A model generated the notes under the pieces. It saw only the letters and a list, made by a program, of their open reading frames with translations, was not told the origin of the DNA and did no database searches. Positions 39,901-49,182 of a stretch of DNA of 64,000 nucleotides are shown in pieces. How positions within the stretch are numbered: the first letter of the stretch is position 1; each line of letters starts with the position of its first letter. A program made the position numbers and the translations under genes. The stretch comes from a bacterium (GTDB taxonomy: Bacteria > Zhuqueibacterota > Zhuqueibacteria > Residuimicrobiales > Krinioviventaceae): positions 160,001 to 224,000 of the forward strand of contig OY843751.1 of assembly GCA_963693055.1 (NCBI GenBank), read 5' to 3'.

Positions 39901-41117
39901 AAAATATTACTTCTTTGTTTAATGAGGAAAAAGAGTTATCTTTTAACGTCTTGGATAAATATGAACCCAACGCAGACAAGACATCTTTAAAGTACCATGA
40001 AATGTATGTAGTTGTCAGTAACCAGGATTCTTTGGGACGTGGTGTTAAATATTTGCAACTCAAAGATGTAACACCACCAGAAGTTGATTATCAGATTGTT
40101 CATAACCCATTGTATCCTGAATTTGTTGATATTTTAATATCAGCCAATGAACATACTTTTTCAGACATTGGTACTGAATTTGAAAACCCAACAGTAGAAA
40201 TGGTTTATTTCACTGATACAACAGCAGTAGATATTTCATTGTTTGACAACATTGATCCAAAATCAAGTGGAAGTGGTGCAGATATACAAAGTGAATACTT
40301 TGTTTACAAAGGCCGCTATCATTTAACTGAAGAAGGTCAGGTAAGCCTGGTTATTCGTAAACTTCAGGATTGTGCGGGTAATGATAATGATGAAATTGTA
40401 GCACCATTATCAGTTTCAAAAGCATTACCCAAATTTTCAACAACCCTGGTAACAGATGATGAAAATGCTTCTATGGTTATTCCTGCGAATACATTTTTGT
40501 CTGAAACATATTTGACACTGTTTACAAACAAACCCGATACAAGGGTTGGATTGCAAAAGTCAGATGCCGATGATTATGAATTTGTAAGCGATCTTTATCA
40601 ATTCGGACCTGTTAATAAAAGTTTGAATAATAATGCGGCTTTAAGCATCAAATATTCAAAAGATGCTGTGTCAAATGACTTTGGCTTGTATCGTCTGCAA
40701 AATGATGAATGGATATCAGTGCCAGCTATGATTAACGAGAAACAAGGTACAATTTCTGCCAGTGTAAATGAACTGGGTGTATTTGCTGTAATTTCTGGTA
40801 ATGTTGCTAATCAGAGCATTGAAACAGAACAAGTACCAACAACCTATGCCGTTTATCAGAACTACCCTAATCCGTTTAATCCCACCACTGAAATTAAATA
40901 TCAGGTGCCTCAACAGGAACGTGTTGTTATTCGTATTTACAACATGAATGGTCAATTGGTAAATACTCTGGTTGATCAGAATATGAGTGCCGGTTATTAC
41001 ACTGCAAAGTGGAATGGATTGAATGCAAGAGGTGCCAGAGTAAGTAGTGGCGTTTACGTATATGAAATGCGTGCTGGCAGCTATGTAGAAACACGGAAAA
41101 TGGTTCTGATAAAATAA
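36960..41117 (+). CDS. Large secreted protein: M30-like zincin fold with degenerate HExxH, inserted BNR/Asp-box beta-propeller, T9SS-A/FlgD-like CTD
   Basis: Asp-boxes SDNGGTSW, TSDMGLSW, STTGGTSW, TADNGATW; zincin-like AGYFRPED, GEFLYID, ALGHQLLRLMH, WVTEG; CTD QNYPNPFNPTT...RKMVLIK. Confidence 0.75.
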   Translation: MFKKLSVIFLMLLFMGNALYAQTVGESRLLWVHNYQFFQYDYKIGATLAATGENCDVWVENNLITAITVDETNGVVYAGTKRTGIFSKGLNETTWTSLSDGHPNSSRTFGKSPVNTMFVTSDGTVLAGLDDGIYRWDVEGARWRRATVRTPVFCFAEANGIVYAGLGGYVWADDGDEDSDIDIDAGVYASDNGGTSWDRMSNGLPKDGDDEYLPVNALSVVDGSVMAATEAGVFLTKNQGAYWQGVERKITATKANTVVNVFESTLDEAKLAELGRALWDPNTGEIYDNWFAVDGISREDKVVLVEYDSLDQPYRKFICPPNDIETTNWLYEQRNTEGIVGDEGLWNIKINDNTQDFTTYTGYGPFPGIDVNDFKFHGESAKATIIDPLAEILIVVSYPEDPNFEVGGKFINVKYTDGTNTWVWTAKSTSLRGLNNEKKGIIINNDNLVSGEEIENYDEFNTTEIIGQMELYTSSGLVFNKMAYAGNDQVVYAGNENGVYKTSDMGLSWDLVGSVTEGLENIDIQSLTALADGSLYAGTMDNVFKSTTGGTSWEALGTIDAETEVFSVNVINNTLYAGTPYGFYETADNGATWTGSNFGMPAYVNEENIQTLINYFDNSTPANPSMGVYDVIAQQFGEENIPDMDKNNKISILLHNIEDIGYEENLTSNGLSGTTNIAGYFRPEDQNLIGNTNKGEFLYIDSRQATDAQRAAALGHQLLRLMHWNNDYDEQRWVTEGIGFMAERLCGFPLPSSMPDFQTLTGAANVYSLVAGTALSPWSVSPDDGDMNNRFTQVSMFFTYLFENFGGFDLFNKIIADEDNGWEGIQNVLQAEYGKNFDDVYAAWVIANCINDVNQSDPISGAKYGYQDSLYSAVLNNYMDEKGLGMNYGNLFGHNSSMSEYKEYKVLQEYGQGLNNWAYTVRYLFPDPSIFADNPVQSVINYWDKDLKTGEPINMKINASDYANLRVHLIKVKPDGSKDVENITSLFNEEKELSFNVLDKYEPNADKTSLKYHEMYVVVSNQDSLGRGVKYLQLKDVTPPEVDYQIVHNPLYPEFVDILISANEHTFSDIGTEFENPTVEMVYFTDTTAVDISLFDNIDPKSSGSGADIQSEYFVYKGRYHLTEEGQVSLVIRKLQDCAGNDNDEIVAPLSVSKALPKFSTTLVTDDENASMVIPANTFLSETYLTLFTNKPDTRVGLQKSDADDYEFVSDLYQFGPVNKSLNNNAALSIKYSKDAVSNDFGLYRLQNDEWISVPAMINEKQGTISASVNELGVFAVISGNVANQSIETEQVPTTYAVYQNYPNPFNPTTEIKYQVPQQERVVIRIYNMNGQLVNTLVDQNMSAGYYTAKWNGLNARGARVSSGVYVYEMRAGSYVETRKMVLIK

Positions 41118-41157
41118 TGTTGTTTATTTAATTTGCTATAGATTTAAGGAGGCATTG

Positions 41158-42474
41158 ATGATTCAGATTACTCGAAACAAAGACCTGGCGGCAAGATCGG
41201 TTTTTGTTCTCATTGCAATCGTTACTTTGATGGTCTTGTTTGGTTGTTCTGACAAATCAGATAATATACCTACAACCGCACAGTCTGTTGAAGGTTTAAT
41301 AGTAGAAGGCTGGACAGCCTACCAAAATGGTGATTATGAAGCTGCTGTGGCAAACTTTGAAGCTACTTTACAAAGAAACGTTTCACCTGAACTTTCTATT
41401 GATGCATATAGAGGTTTAGGCTGGACCTATAGCAGACTTGAAAAATATGCTCAGGCAATAACAAACTTTAGTTTTGTTATTAGTCTTGAATCTGTTAGCA
41501 GCAGCCGGTTTCCGGTTGTTGCTAAAGAAGGAGTTGAAGCTTATGCCGTGCCAGATACTCAATATGTAGATGTGAACGGTGAGCTGCAGCTTATGACAGA
41601 TGAATATATTGTATCAATTGACGATATTGACAGTTATAGTGCACGTGTTACCCAAAAAATGGGAGCTTCACCTGCTTTTGAACTTGACCCGGGAACGCGT
41701 GTGATCAATTTACCCAAATCAGAGCTCAGTAATGCATCTTCAACAGCACTGGGTAATGCATTGGATAATTCTCTGAGTTTTAATCCTGCAACATTTACTA
41801 CTGCTGTAGCTTCTGAAGAAGAGTTGACTGCTTTGGATCAATATTACATTGATACACAAACGGGAGTTCTTTCTATTGTACCGCGTGTAGAAACCCTTAA
41901 GGAAATTGAAGCTATTTTTACGTATCATGAAAAAGGCTATCTTATTGACAGATATACCAATCGTTTTATTGTTTTAAATGAAGAACTTGAAGATTTAAGT
42001 GATGCTCCTAAAGATGAACCAGGTGATATCTATTATATCAAGGGTGATTTTTACAATAAATACGATGCCAATAATCCTCAGAGTGGTGGTACATATATGC
42101 AAGCCGATGCTTATGCAGGCATGTCTGCAGCTTATCTTGCACAAGGTGATTATGCTTCGGCACTTGAAGCAAGCCGGGCTTTGATGTACATCAACCAGGA
42201 TTTAAAAGCCCTGGATAGTGGTAATTATCCATATCAACGTAATCTGTTCGACGGTGATACAGACTATAATATGTGGGATTTTTACAAAGTAATGGCTATT
42301 TGTTATTATAATATTAATGATTATTTAAGTGCTGAAGAATGTTTAGAGGTTTATCTGGGTCAGGGAGATGTAGTTGATAATACCAGAACTGATTTCTCAT
42401 TCAACTTGATTTCTTTGATTAATGGCCTGAGTGATACTCCTCCAGCGGATTGGAGTCCTAAAGATATTTTTTAA
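41158..42474 (+). CDS. TPR-containing lipoprotein
   Basis: Lipobox LFGC; EGWTAYQNGDYEAAVANF, AYRGLGWTY, ADAYAGMSAAYLAQGDYASA; AAGGAG RBS. Confidence 0.75.
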   Translation: MIQITRNKDLAARSVFVLIAIVTLMVLFGCSDKSDNIPTTAQSVEGLIVEGWTAYQNGDYEAAVANFEATLQRNVSPELSIDAYRGLGWTYSRLEKYAQAITNFSFVISLESVSSSRFPVVAKEGVEAYAVPDTQYVDVNGELQLMTDEYIVSIDDIDSYSARVTQKMGASPAFELDPGTRVINLPKSELSNASSTALGNALDNSLSFNPATFTTAVASEEELTALDQYYIDTQTGVLSIVPRVETLKEIEAIFTYHEKGYLIDRYTNRFIVLNEELEDLSDAPKDEPGDIYYIKGDFYNKYDANNPQSGGTYMQADAYAGMSAAYLAQGDYASALEASRALMYINQDLKALDSGNYPYQRNLFDGDTDYNMWDFYKVMAICYYNINDYLSAEECLEVYLGQGDVVDNTRTDFSFNLISLINGLSDTPPADWSPKDIF

Positions 42475-42609
42475 TATAAATTTAGCAGGCATTCAATGAA
42501 GCATTTAAAAAAAGATCAGGAAAAGGAGGTGAGCGAGCAAAAATTTTGTTGTAATACTTAAACTTGTTGGTAAGAGTTAATTCACTGATTTTTTAAATTG
42601 GGAGGAATT

Positions 42610-45369
42610 ATGAAAAAGGTAAATTCCTTATTGTTACTGTTTGTTGTATTTTCTTTAATTATGGCTTCCGGAGCAAGTGCTCAGTTAAAATTAGCAAAAA
42701 TTGCTGATCCTGATCCTGTATCCGAAGTTAGTGTAACTGCTTTTACAAAACCCGGTGGTATTGATGTAGGTGATGCTATGCCGCGTGCATTCCACTATGG
42801 TGGTCGTCACTCTGCTCGTACTTCTGATGGTCTGCTCCACACTACATGGGAAGATCCTGGTTACGATTTCCCATACTATGCACATTCAACAGATGAATTG
42901 GGCCTGGAATGGACTGAACCTATGAACATCCCTGACGCCATTGGTTATACCGGATGGAGCCGTAGTTTAATGGCTAAATTGTCTATTGATCCGACCAATG
43001 ACGATATCTATCTGTTGCCTGCTATTCAGATTACAGGTGGTGTATGGCGTACCCAGTTGACCCGTTCTACTGATGGCGGTGCAACATGGACACCTTTTAT
43101 GGACCTGGGTAACAAAATCAATGTTCCTACTGCTGAAGTATCTTGGGCAACTATGACAATTGGTTCAGACCGTGTTGTTCATATTACTTATGCTAAACAA
43201 AATCAGGACATGTTCTATACCAAAGCTGATCTGTCTGCTGCAGATGGTGCTGCTGATTTGGAAAATCTTGTATTTACCAAATCTGACGGTTCTATTGGTG
43301 CAGAAGCTATCAGTTTTGTTCCCAGTGGTGTTGTATTCCAGGGAACTGTTTTACTTGATCGCAACAACGATCCCCACATCATCTTTTCTGGTGACGGTGG
43401 TTCTGATACATTTGGTGATAAAACTCCTTATCACATTTATTACAAATCAGCAGCCCAGGCATGGGGCCCCATTCCTCCAACCCGCTTGAGAGCAGAATTG
43501 GAAGACTGCTGGGGTATGCCTGAAATGGTTTTTGATAAAAATAACCGTGGTTACTATTTCATGGATGGTTATGAAGCAGAAACCGTATGGTTTGGTACCT
43601 GGGAACCCCCAACGGATGCTACAAGTGCAACCGATTTTGGTTCATTGAACAATGGCGAAGGTTACGAAGGTGCTGTTCAGTTTAATTCTGACAACTATGC
43701 CAACATTCCAGTTGTTAACGATGATCATCTGTATCTGCCAAACGCAGATGTTGATGATGTAAACGACATTGTTTATGTTGTAATGAATACCAACTGGTAC
43801 GAAAACTTTGTTGGTGGTGGTGGCGATATTGTTGCATTGAAACTTGTTGATGCTACCAGCTATGCTGGTTCTGGACCTGCTGATATGGATTGGGAATTGC
43901 ATCGTTGGATTACCCAGGATGGTAACTCTCCTTTGGGTGATCAGGGTTGTGATGTTGTTTACGATCCTTCAAGAACTACTCTTGATGTTTTCTGGTCTGC
44001 TGCAGGTGCTCCTTTCAATAAAGCACAGTTTATTGATGCTACAGCAGTTATTCCTGAAATTGATGCAAAACCACAAACTCTTGATTTTGGTTTGACTGTC
44101 AACAACCCAATTAACAAAGGCGAAACTATTGTAATGACCGGTACGGTTAAAAACAATGGTACCAGTTCTTTGGGCCCTGTACCTGTATCATTGGTTATTA
44201 CCAATGAATCTGGTGATACTTTGTACACCAAATCTGATCAAACTCCTCCATTGTTGGCAGGCGCGGAAAGCCGTCAGTTAACATTGGGTGAATTTACCGT
44301 TCCTACTGAAAAAGAATTCTATAACATTTATTTTACTTCTCTTTACAATGGTGACGGTGCTGCTTATAACGATGTTGTAAGCTCTGGCTTTTACGCCTAT
44401 CCTTCATTGGATGAAGTAACTGTTTTTGAAACTTTCCAGGAATTTCTGAATCCTGATGAAGATGGTGATCATAACTGGTTCCCATTCCCAACCTGGTCTG
44501 AAAAAGCAACTTATAGTGATGACCTGGATCTTGGCGGTTGGACTGCAGTTGACAGTGCAAACGGCGAAGAGTTTGACTGGTTAAACACCTGGTTTGTAAA
44601 TGACGAAGATGAACCCAATAACATTGGTGGTTACATCCGTCATATGTCTGGTATTCGTAATGATAGCTTGTATGGTGACATGCCTACTGGTACCATTCCA
44701 CAACCACAAAACGAATTGTTGTACAGCCCGGTTTATGATCTCGATACTCCTGATGGTTACGGCACTTTTCTGGAATTTACCAGTAAAATTGGTGGAACCG
44801 ATGGTGATGACAATTACCCAATTCATGCTTGGGTAGATGTGTCTGTAGACGGTGGTGAAACTTGGCAAGAAGTAATTCATAGAGACAAAACTGTTGGCGG
44901 TGCTACTGAAGCTATTTCCCACAGTATTGAATATACATCTTATGATATTACAAATGCTGTTGGTAATGCATCTTCTGCACAGTTCCGTTTCTGGTGGAAA
45001 AACCTCAACAATGACGGTGGCTTTGCTACCTGGTTTGTTGATAACGTAACTGTTATTGCTCGTCCAGTTGATGGCATTATTAGCTCTGATAATGATGCTG
45101 TTATTGATGGTTACAAACTGTCACAGAACTATCCGAATCCATTCAACCCAACTACTGACATTCAATTCACCATGCCGGCTAGTGGTAAAGCAAAACTGAC
45201 CATTTACAATGTAACCGGTCAGCAAGTTGCTAAATTGATCGATGGTACTGTAGCTCAAGGTACTCATACCGTTCGTTTTGACGCTCAAAATCTGCCTACT
45301 GGTGTTTATTTCTATAAATTCCAGACAGAAAATTTTGAATCCGTTAAAAAGATGGCTTTGATGAAATAA
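42610..45369 (+). CDS. Secreted BNR/sialidase-like propeller + CARDB/Ig + jelly-roll protein with T9SS-A-like CTD
   Basis: Signal peptide; RSTDGGATW, TVKNNG, VSVDGGETW, WFVDNV; CTD SQNYPNPFNPTT...KKMALMK. Confidence 0.75.
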   Translation: MKKVNSLLLLFVVFSLIMASGASAQLKLAKIADPDPVSEVSVTAFTKPGGIDVGDAMPRAFHYGGRHSARTSDGLLHTTWEDPGYDFPYYAHSTDELGLEWTEPMNIPDAIGYTGWSRSLMAKLSIDPTNDDIYLLPAIQITGGVWRTQLTRSTDGGATWTPFMDLGNKINVPTAEVSWATMTIGSDRVVHITYAKQNQDMFYTKADLSAADGAADLENLVFTKSDGSIGAEAISFVPSGVVFQGTVLLDRNNDPHIIFSGDGGSDTFGDKTPYHIYYKSAAQAWGPIPPTRLRAELEDCWGMPEMVFDKNNRGYYFMDGYEAETVWFGTWEPPTDATSATDFGSLNNGEGYEGAVQFNSDNYANIPVVNDDHLYLPNADVDDVNDIVYVVMNTNWYENFVGGGGDIVALKLVDATSYAGSGPADMDWELHRWITQDGNSPLGDQGCDVVYDPSRTTLDVFWSAAGAPFNKAQFIDATAVIPEIDAKPQTLDFGLTVNNPINKGETIVMTGTVKNNGTSSLGPVPVSLVITNESGDTLYTKSDQTPPLLAGAESRQLTLGEFTVPTEKEFYNIYFTSLYNGDGAAYNDVVSSGFYAYPSLDEVTVFETFQEFLNPDEDGDHNWFPFPTWSEKATYSDDLDLGGWTAVDSANGEEFDWLNTWFVNDEDEPNNIGGYIRHMSGIRNDSLYGDMPTGTIPQPQNELLYSPVYDLDTPDGYGTFLEFTSKIGGTDGDDNYPIHAWVDVSVDGGETWQEVIHRDKTVGGATEAISHSIEYTSYDITNAVGNASSAQFRFWWKNLNNDGGFATWFVDNVTVIARPVDGIISSDNDAVIDGYKLSQNYPNPFNPTTDIQFTMPASGKAKLTIYNVTGQQVAKLIDGTVAQGTHTVRFDAQNLPTGVYFYKFQTENFESVKKMALMK

Positions 45370-45379
45370 ATTATTCATG

Positions 45380-45410
45380 GGGCGATACAAGACATGTATC
45401 GCCCTGTTTT
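45380..45410 (+). terminator. Intercistronic hairpin / weak terminator
   Basis: GGGCGATACA-agaca-TGTATCGCCC followed by TGTTTT. Confidence 0.6.
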
Positions 45411-45458
45411 CTCTCCTTTAAAAAAAACTGAACAAATTGTATTCACAAGGAGAACAAT

Positions 45459-48400
45459 ATGACAAAAAATAAATTGGTTGTGCTGTTTTTATCTTTGGTA
45501 TTGTTGTTAACGTTTACAACAATGTCATTTGCAAAAAATACTGGTCCAAAAAAAGTTGTAGAAAAAAATACTGTTAGAGACGGGAATTTTAAAGTTTTTT
45601 CAGTGCAAGCTGACACTCCTGAACAATCCCGTTATTTATCAAAAAAAGCTGCTAAAGAAAGTCGTCTTTCCAAACAATATGTAATCAATAGTAATCTGGA
45701 AAGAAGTTACCTTAATTCTACTGAAAAATTATCCATCCCTCTTCTTAATGAAGTCCCTGGTGGCGGTGCTATTCATTCTGTATGGAATGTTTCATTTGAT
45801 TATGAAGATGATTTTAATACCTTTACACCTGTTGACTTGAGTGAAAATGGCGCTGGTAATGATTGGTTCTGGTTGGATTACGTTGGTATGTTTGGATGGC
45901 CAGAAAGTGACCGCGGTTCAAACTCTGCATTCGCTCCAGAACCCGGTGGTGATATTGGCGGTGATGTTGTTTCCAAAGATGAAGCAATCGACATCAAAGT
46001 TGGTATCCCTAAAATGAGTAGTGAAGGTGAAGCTTATCGAGTTTCTAATTTAATGTTAGAACTTTATATCGGTGAACCTGATCCTGATGACTTTTTGAGT
46101 GTTGAAATTCTTGAAGCACCAAAATGGCATGTTACTGATGATGCTGTTTGGACAATGAATTCTGATCAGGTTTATGCGGAAGAAGGCGCAGCTGGTTATG
46201 ACAATGCGTTTGTTGAAAATTTGGTTTCAACACCCATTTCTGTACCTGCAGGTGCTACCTTGTCATTTCAACATATGATTAATTCAGAAGGTGAGTGGGA
46301 TGGAGCCAATGTTAAAGTTTCAGCTGACAATGGCGAAACCTGGGAAGTAATTACACCCGCTGAAGGTTATGATATTGATAATCTTTACTCATTTTCATAC
46401 CATGGTGGCATTGCAAATGGTGTAGATGCTGATCCTGATGTTGCATATGATTGGGATGAACCTGGTTTTACTGGTCATTATGACTGGACACCTGTGAGCT
46501 TTGATCTTTCTGCCTACGAAGGCCAGACAATCATTATCAAATGGCAGTTTACTTCTGACGGTATGACTGTTGAAGATGATGGTGGTTGGTGGATTGATGA
46601 CATTGTTGTTACTGACGGCACAACTGCTGTTTTTGAAAACGATGGTGTTGATGATGGTTCATTAATTGCTGAAAGACAAGGTCCCGGATATATTGGCGAA
46701 CCTTGGGTTACTTTGAGTAAATGGTCTGCTATTGGTGGTGGTTCTAATGGCGTTGTTTCTGCAAACCTGAATCTTACTTCTAATATCATCGGTGCACCTG
46801 GCGATTCTGCAACTTTTCGTTTCCGTGCTTATTTCGATGATAATGATGAAGGTGATGGTGCTGACCCGAACTGGGGTTTTGAAGTTTCTGATGCCATTCT
46901 TGAAGTTTATACCCGTTACTCTGTTGATTTGGGTGTATCTTTTGTTGACCTAGATTCTACTTTTTCTAAAAATGAATTTATCACTGTTGGTGAAACACTT
47001 GATCCTCAACTCGTTGTTTCTAATTATGGACTAAGTGATGTAACTATTTATAATACGTTTGTAAAAATTGTAAACAATTTTGGTAGCACAGTTTATGAAC
47101 GTTACCTTTATACATATGCTCCTGCACAGGGTGATACATTGGATCTTTATCCTGGAACTCAGGAATTTGGCGAAGGTATGGGATTTTATGATTTCCCGGA
47201 TTGGACACCGGAATATCAGGGTGATTATACTTTGATCGCTTATACCGAGATTTTTGGTGGTGATGATGAACCTGCTGATGATTCATTAGTAGTCGATTTT
47301 CATGTTTACGGTGAAGATCCTGCAATTGCAGAGAATTTCAATACCATGACAAGCGATGAACTTTATGCTAACTGGGAATTTGAAGGTGCTCTTGATCAAG
47401 CTAATTCATGGTATATTGGCGATTCCTTTGGCAAAGGTGATAATGAACTCTGGATCCTCAAATATGGTGATGACCTGTCTTTTGATGAACAGATCGTTAC
47501 ACCTGTAATGGACTGCTCAGAAATGACAGATGTTGCATTAAAATTGGAACATCATATTAGTGGTAGTGTTACTGATCCTTTTGAAGCTAAAATTATTATA
47601 TCTACCGATGGTGGTGCTACTTTTCAAGACTTTAAGGTCTTTACAGAAGCGACACCTGTTGCTGAAAGAAGAGGCATTTTTACATATGATGTCTCCAGTA
47701 TTGTAGATGGTAAAGCCGCTGTACAAATTGGTTTTACATACAAGACTGATGCCAAACTTGCTGCTGCTGGTGGATATTTGTATTTCACCGTTGATGATCT
47801 TTCTGTTTATCCAAGCGCTAGTTTAGACATAACAGATCCTGGTACTCCTGTTAATTTCGCAGGCGTAGCTGGTGATATGCAAGTTGATTTGACCTGGTCT
47901 GGTCTTGAAACTGCTTCTTATTACTCTATTTTGGCTGCCGACACCAATGATGTTGCTGTAGCTGAAGTTGTAGCTGAAGTATCTGATTCTATGGCTACTA
48001 TTGATGGTTTGACCAATGGTGAAACCATGTATTTTTGGGTTACCAGTACAGATTTTAATGACAATGAATCTGCTCCATCAGAATCTGTTGAATTGACCCC
48101 TGCAGACGTTACTGCTCCTACTCAGATCACAGATTTGCATGCTGCTGACGTTGATGGCGAAACTGCAAAACTGTTGACCTGGACTGCTCCGGTTGAAACT
48201 GCTCCAGCAGAAGGTACTGTTTACGAGATCCGTTATGCTTATATGCCCATTACCCCTGCAACATGGGATGATGCAATGGCTCTCGATGAAGTTCCAGAAG
48301 TTGCTGCTGCCGGCACAGAACAGTCTTTGACTGTACCTGTAGATCGTTTGCAAGATTACTATTTTGACGTATACTTTGCAATTAAAACTACTGATGAAGT

Positions 48401-49106
48401 TGGTAATGTTTCTGAAATGTCTAATCCTGCACATGCTGATGATATTCTTCCTGGAAACGTTGTTGACCTTACTGTAGTTGATGTTACTGAAGAAGATGTT
48501 ACTCTGTCCTGGACAGCTCCTGGTGATGATGGTGTTGTCGCTGGTGGTCCTGTTTGGGGATATCAGGTTCGCGTTGCTTATGATTCTTTAGGTGACGAGT
48601 TTACTGGTTGGGAATCTGCTCAGATTTTGACTGACGTTCCTGCTCCTTCAGCTCCTGGTGAAACAGAGTATTATACCGCTGTAGAATTTGTTTATACTGA
48701 TTACGGCCAGACTTTTGGTATCGTTGCAATTGACTGGAATGGTAATGTTTCTGAAGTTATTGGAATGGCTTATGCTCCTTCATGGGACAATTTCAATCCA
48801 CAAGCTGTTGAAGAAAACACAATTCCTGAAACTTTTGCTTTGAACCAGAACTATCCTAACCCGTTCAACCCAACTACTTCTATCTCTTACCAATTGCCCA
48901 ATACTACCCACGTTAAACTGGAAGTATTTGGAACAAATGGTCAAAAGATCAGAACTTTGGTTAACGGTACAATGTCCGCTGGAAATCACAATGTACAGTG
49001 GGATGCAATGGATGCACGTGGCATGAAAGTAGCCAGTGGTATCTATTTCTATCGCCTTGAAACCAGTGCTTTCACAAGCGTTAAAAAGATGACCTTGATG
49101 AAATAA
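45459..49106 (+). CDS. Secreted acidic adhesin-like protein: InhA/MAM-like jelly-rolls + FN3 repeats + T9SS-A/FlgD-like CTD
   Basis: WDGANVKVSADNGETW, FDLSAYEGQTIIIKWQFTSD, GWWIDDI; FN3-like LTWTAP/LSWTAPGDD, YFAIKTTDEVGN; CTD NQNYPNPFNPTT...KKMTLMK. Confidence 0.78.
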   Translation: MTKNKLVVLFLSLVLLLTFTTMSFAKNTGPKKVVEKNTVRDGNFKVFSVQADTPEQSRYLSKKAAKESRLSKQYVINSNLERSYLNSTEKLSIPLLNEVPGGGAIHSVWNVSFDYEDDFNTFTPVDLSENGAGNDWFWLDYVGMFGWPESDRGSNSAFAPEPGGDIGGDVVSKDEAIDIKVGIPKMSSEGEAYRVSNLMLELYIGEPDPDDFLSVEILEAPKWHVTDDAVWTMNSDQVYAEEGAAGYDNAFVENLVSTPISVPAGATLSFQHMINSEGEWDGANVKVSADNGETWEVITPAEGYDIDNLYSFSYHGGIANGVDADPDVAYDWDEPGFTGHYDWTPVSFDLSAYEGQTIIIKWQFTSDGMTVEDDGGWWIDDIVVTDGTTAVFENDGVDDGSLIAERQGPGYIGEPWVTLSKWSAIGGGSNGVVSANLNLTSNIIGAPGDSATFRFRAYFDDNDEGDGADPNWGFEVSDAILEVYTRYSVDLGVSFVDLDSTFSKNEFITVGETLDPQLVVSNYGLSDVTIYNTFVKIVNNFGSTVYERYLYTYAPAQGDTLDLYPGTQEFGEGMGFYDFPDWTPEYQGDYTLIAYTEIFGGDDEPADDSLVVDFHVYGEDPAIAENFNTMTSDELYANWEFEGALDQANSWYIGDSFGKGDNELWILKYGDDLSFDEQIVTPVMDCSEMTDVALKLEHHISGSVTDPFEAKIIISTDGGATFQDFKVFTEATPVAERRGIFTYDVSSIVDGKAAVQIGFTYKTDAKLAAAGGYLYFTVDDLSVYPSASLDITDPGTPVNFAGVAGDMQVDLTWSGLETASYYSILAADTNDVAVAEVVAEVSDSMATIDGLTNGETMYFWVTSTDFNDNESAPSESVELTPADVTAPTQITDLHAADVDGETAKLLTWTAPVETAPAEGTVYEIRYAYMPITPATWDDAMALDEVPEVAAAGTEQSLTVPVDRLQDYYFDVYFAIKTTDEVGNVSEMSNPAHADDILPGNVVDLTVVDVTEEDVTLSWTAPGDDGVVAGGPVWGYQVRVAYDSLGDEFTGWESAQILTDVPAPSAPGETEYYTAVEFVYTDYGQTFGIVAIDWNGNVSEVIGMAYAPSWDNFNPQAVEENTIPETFALNQNYPNPFNPTTSISYQLPNTTHVKLEVFGTNGQKIRTLVNGTMSAGNHNVQWDAMDARGMKVASGIYFYRLETSAFTSVKKMTLMK

Positions 49107-49122
49107 GTACTGATTTGATTAT

Positions 49123-49163
49123 AAAAAAAAGGGCGCTGGTTTTAAACCGGCGCCCTTTTTTTT
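49123..49163. terminator. Bidirectional Rho-independent terminator between convergent clusters
   Basis: A8-GGGCGCTGGTT...AACCGGCGCCC-T8. Confidence 0.85.
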
Positions 49164-49182
49164 GCTTTTACTAAATTCTGGA

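Noticed and set aside
42610-44050. Calling the ~920-aa protein a sialidase
   Set aside because: Only Asp-box-like repeats are seen; no FRIP motif or arginine triad could be identified
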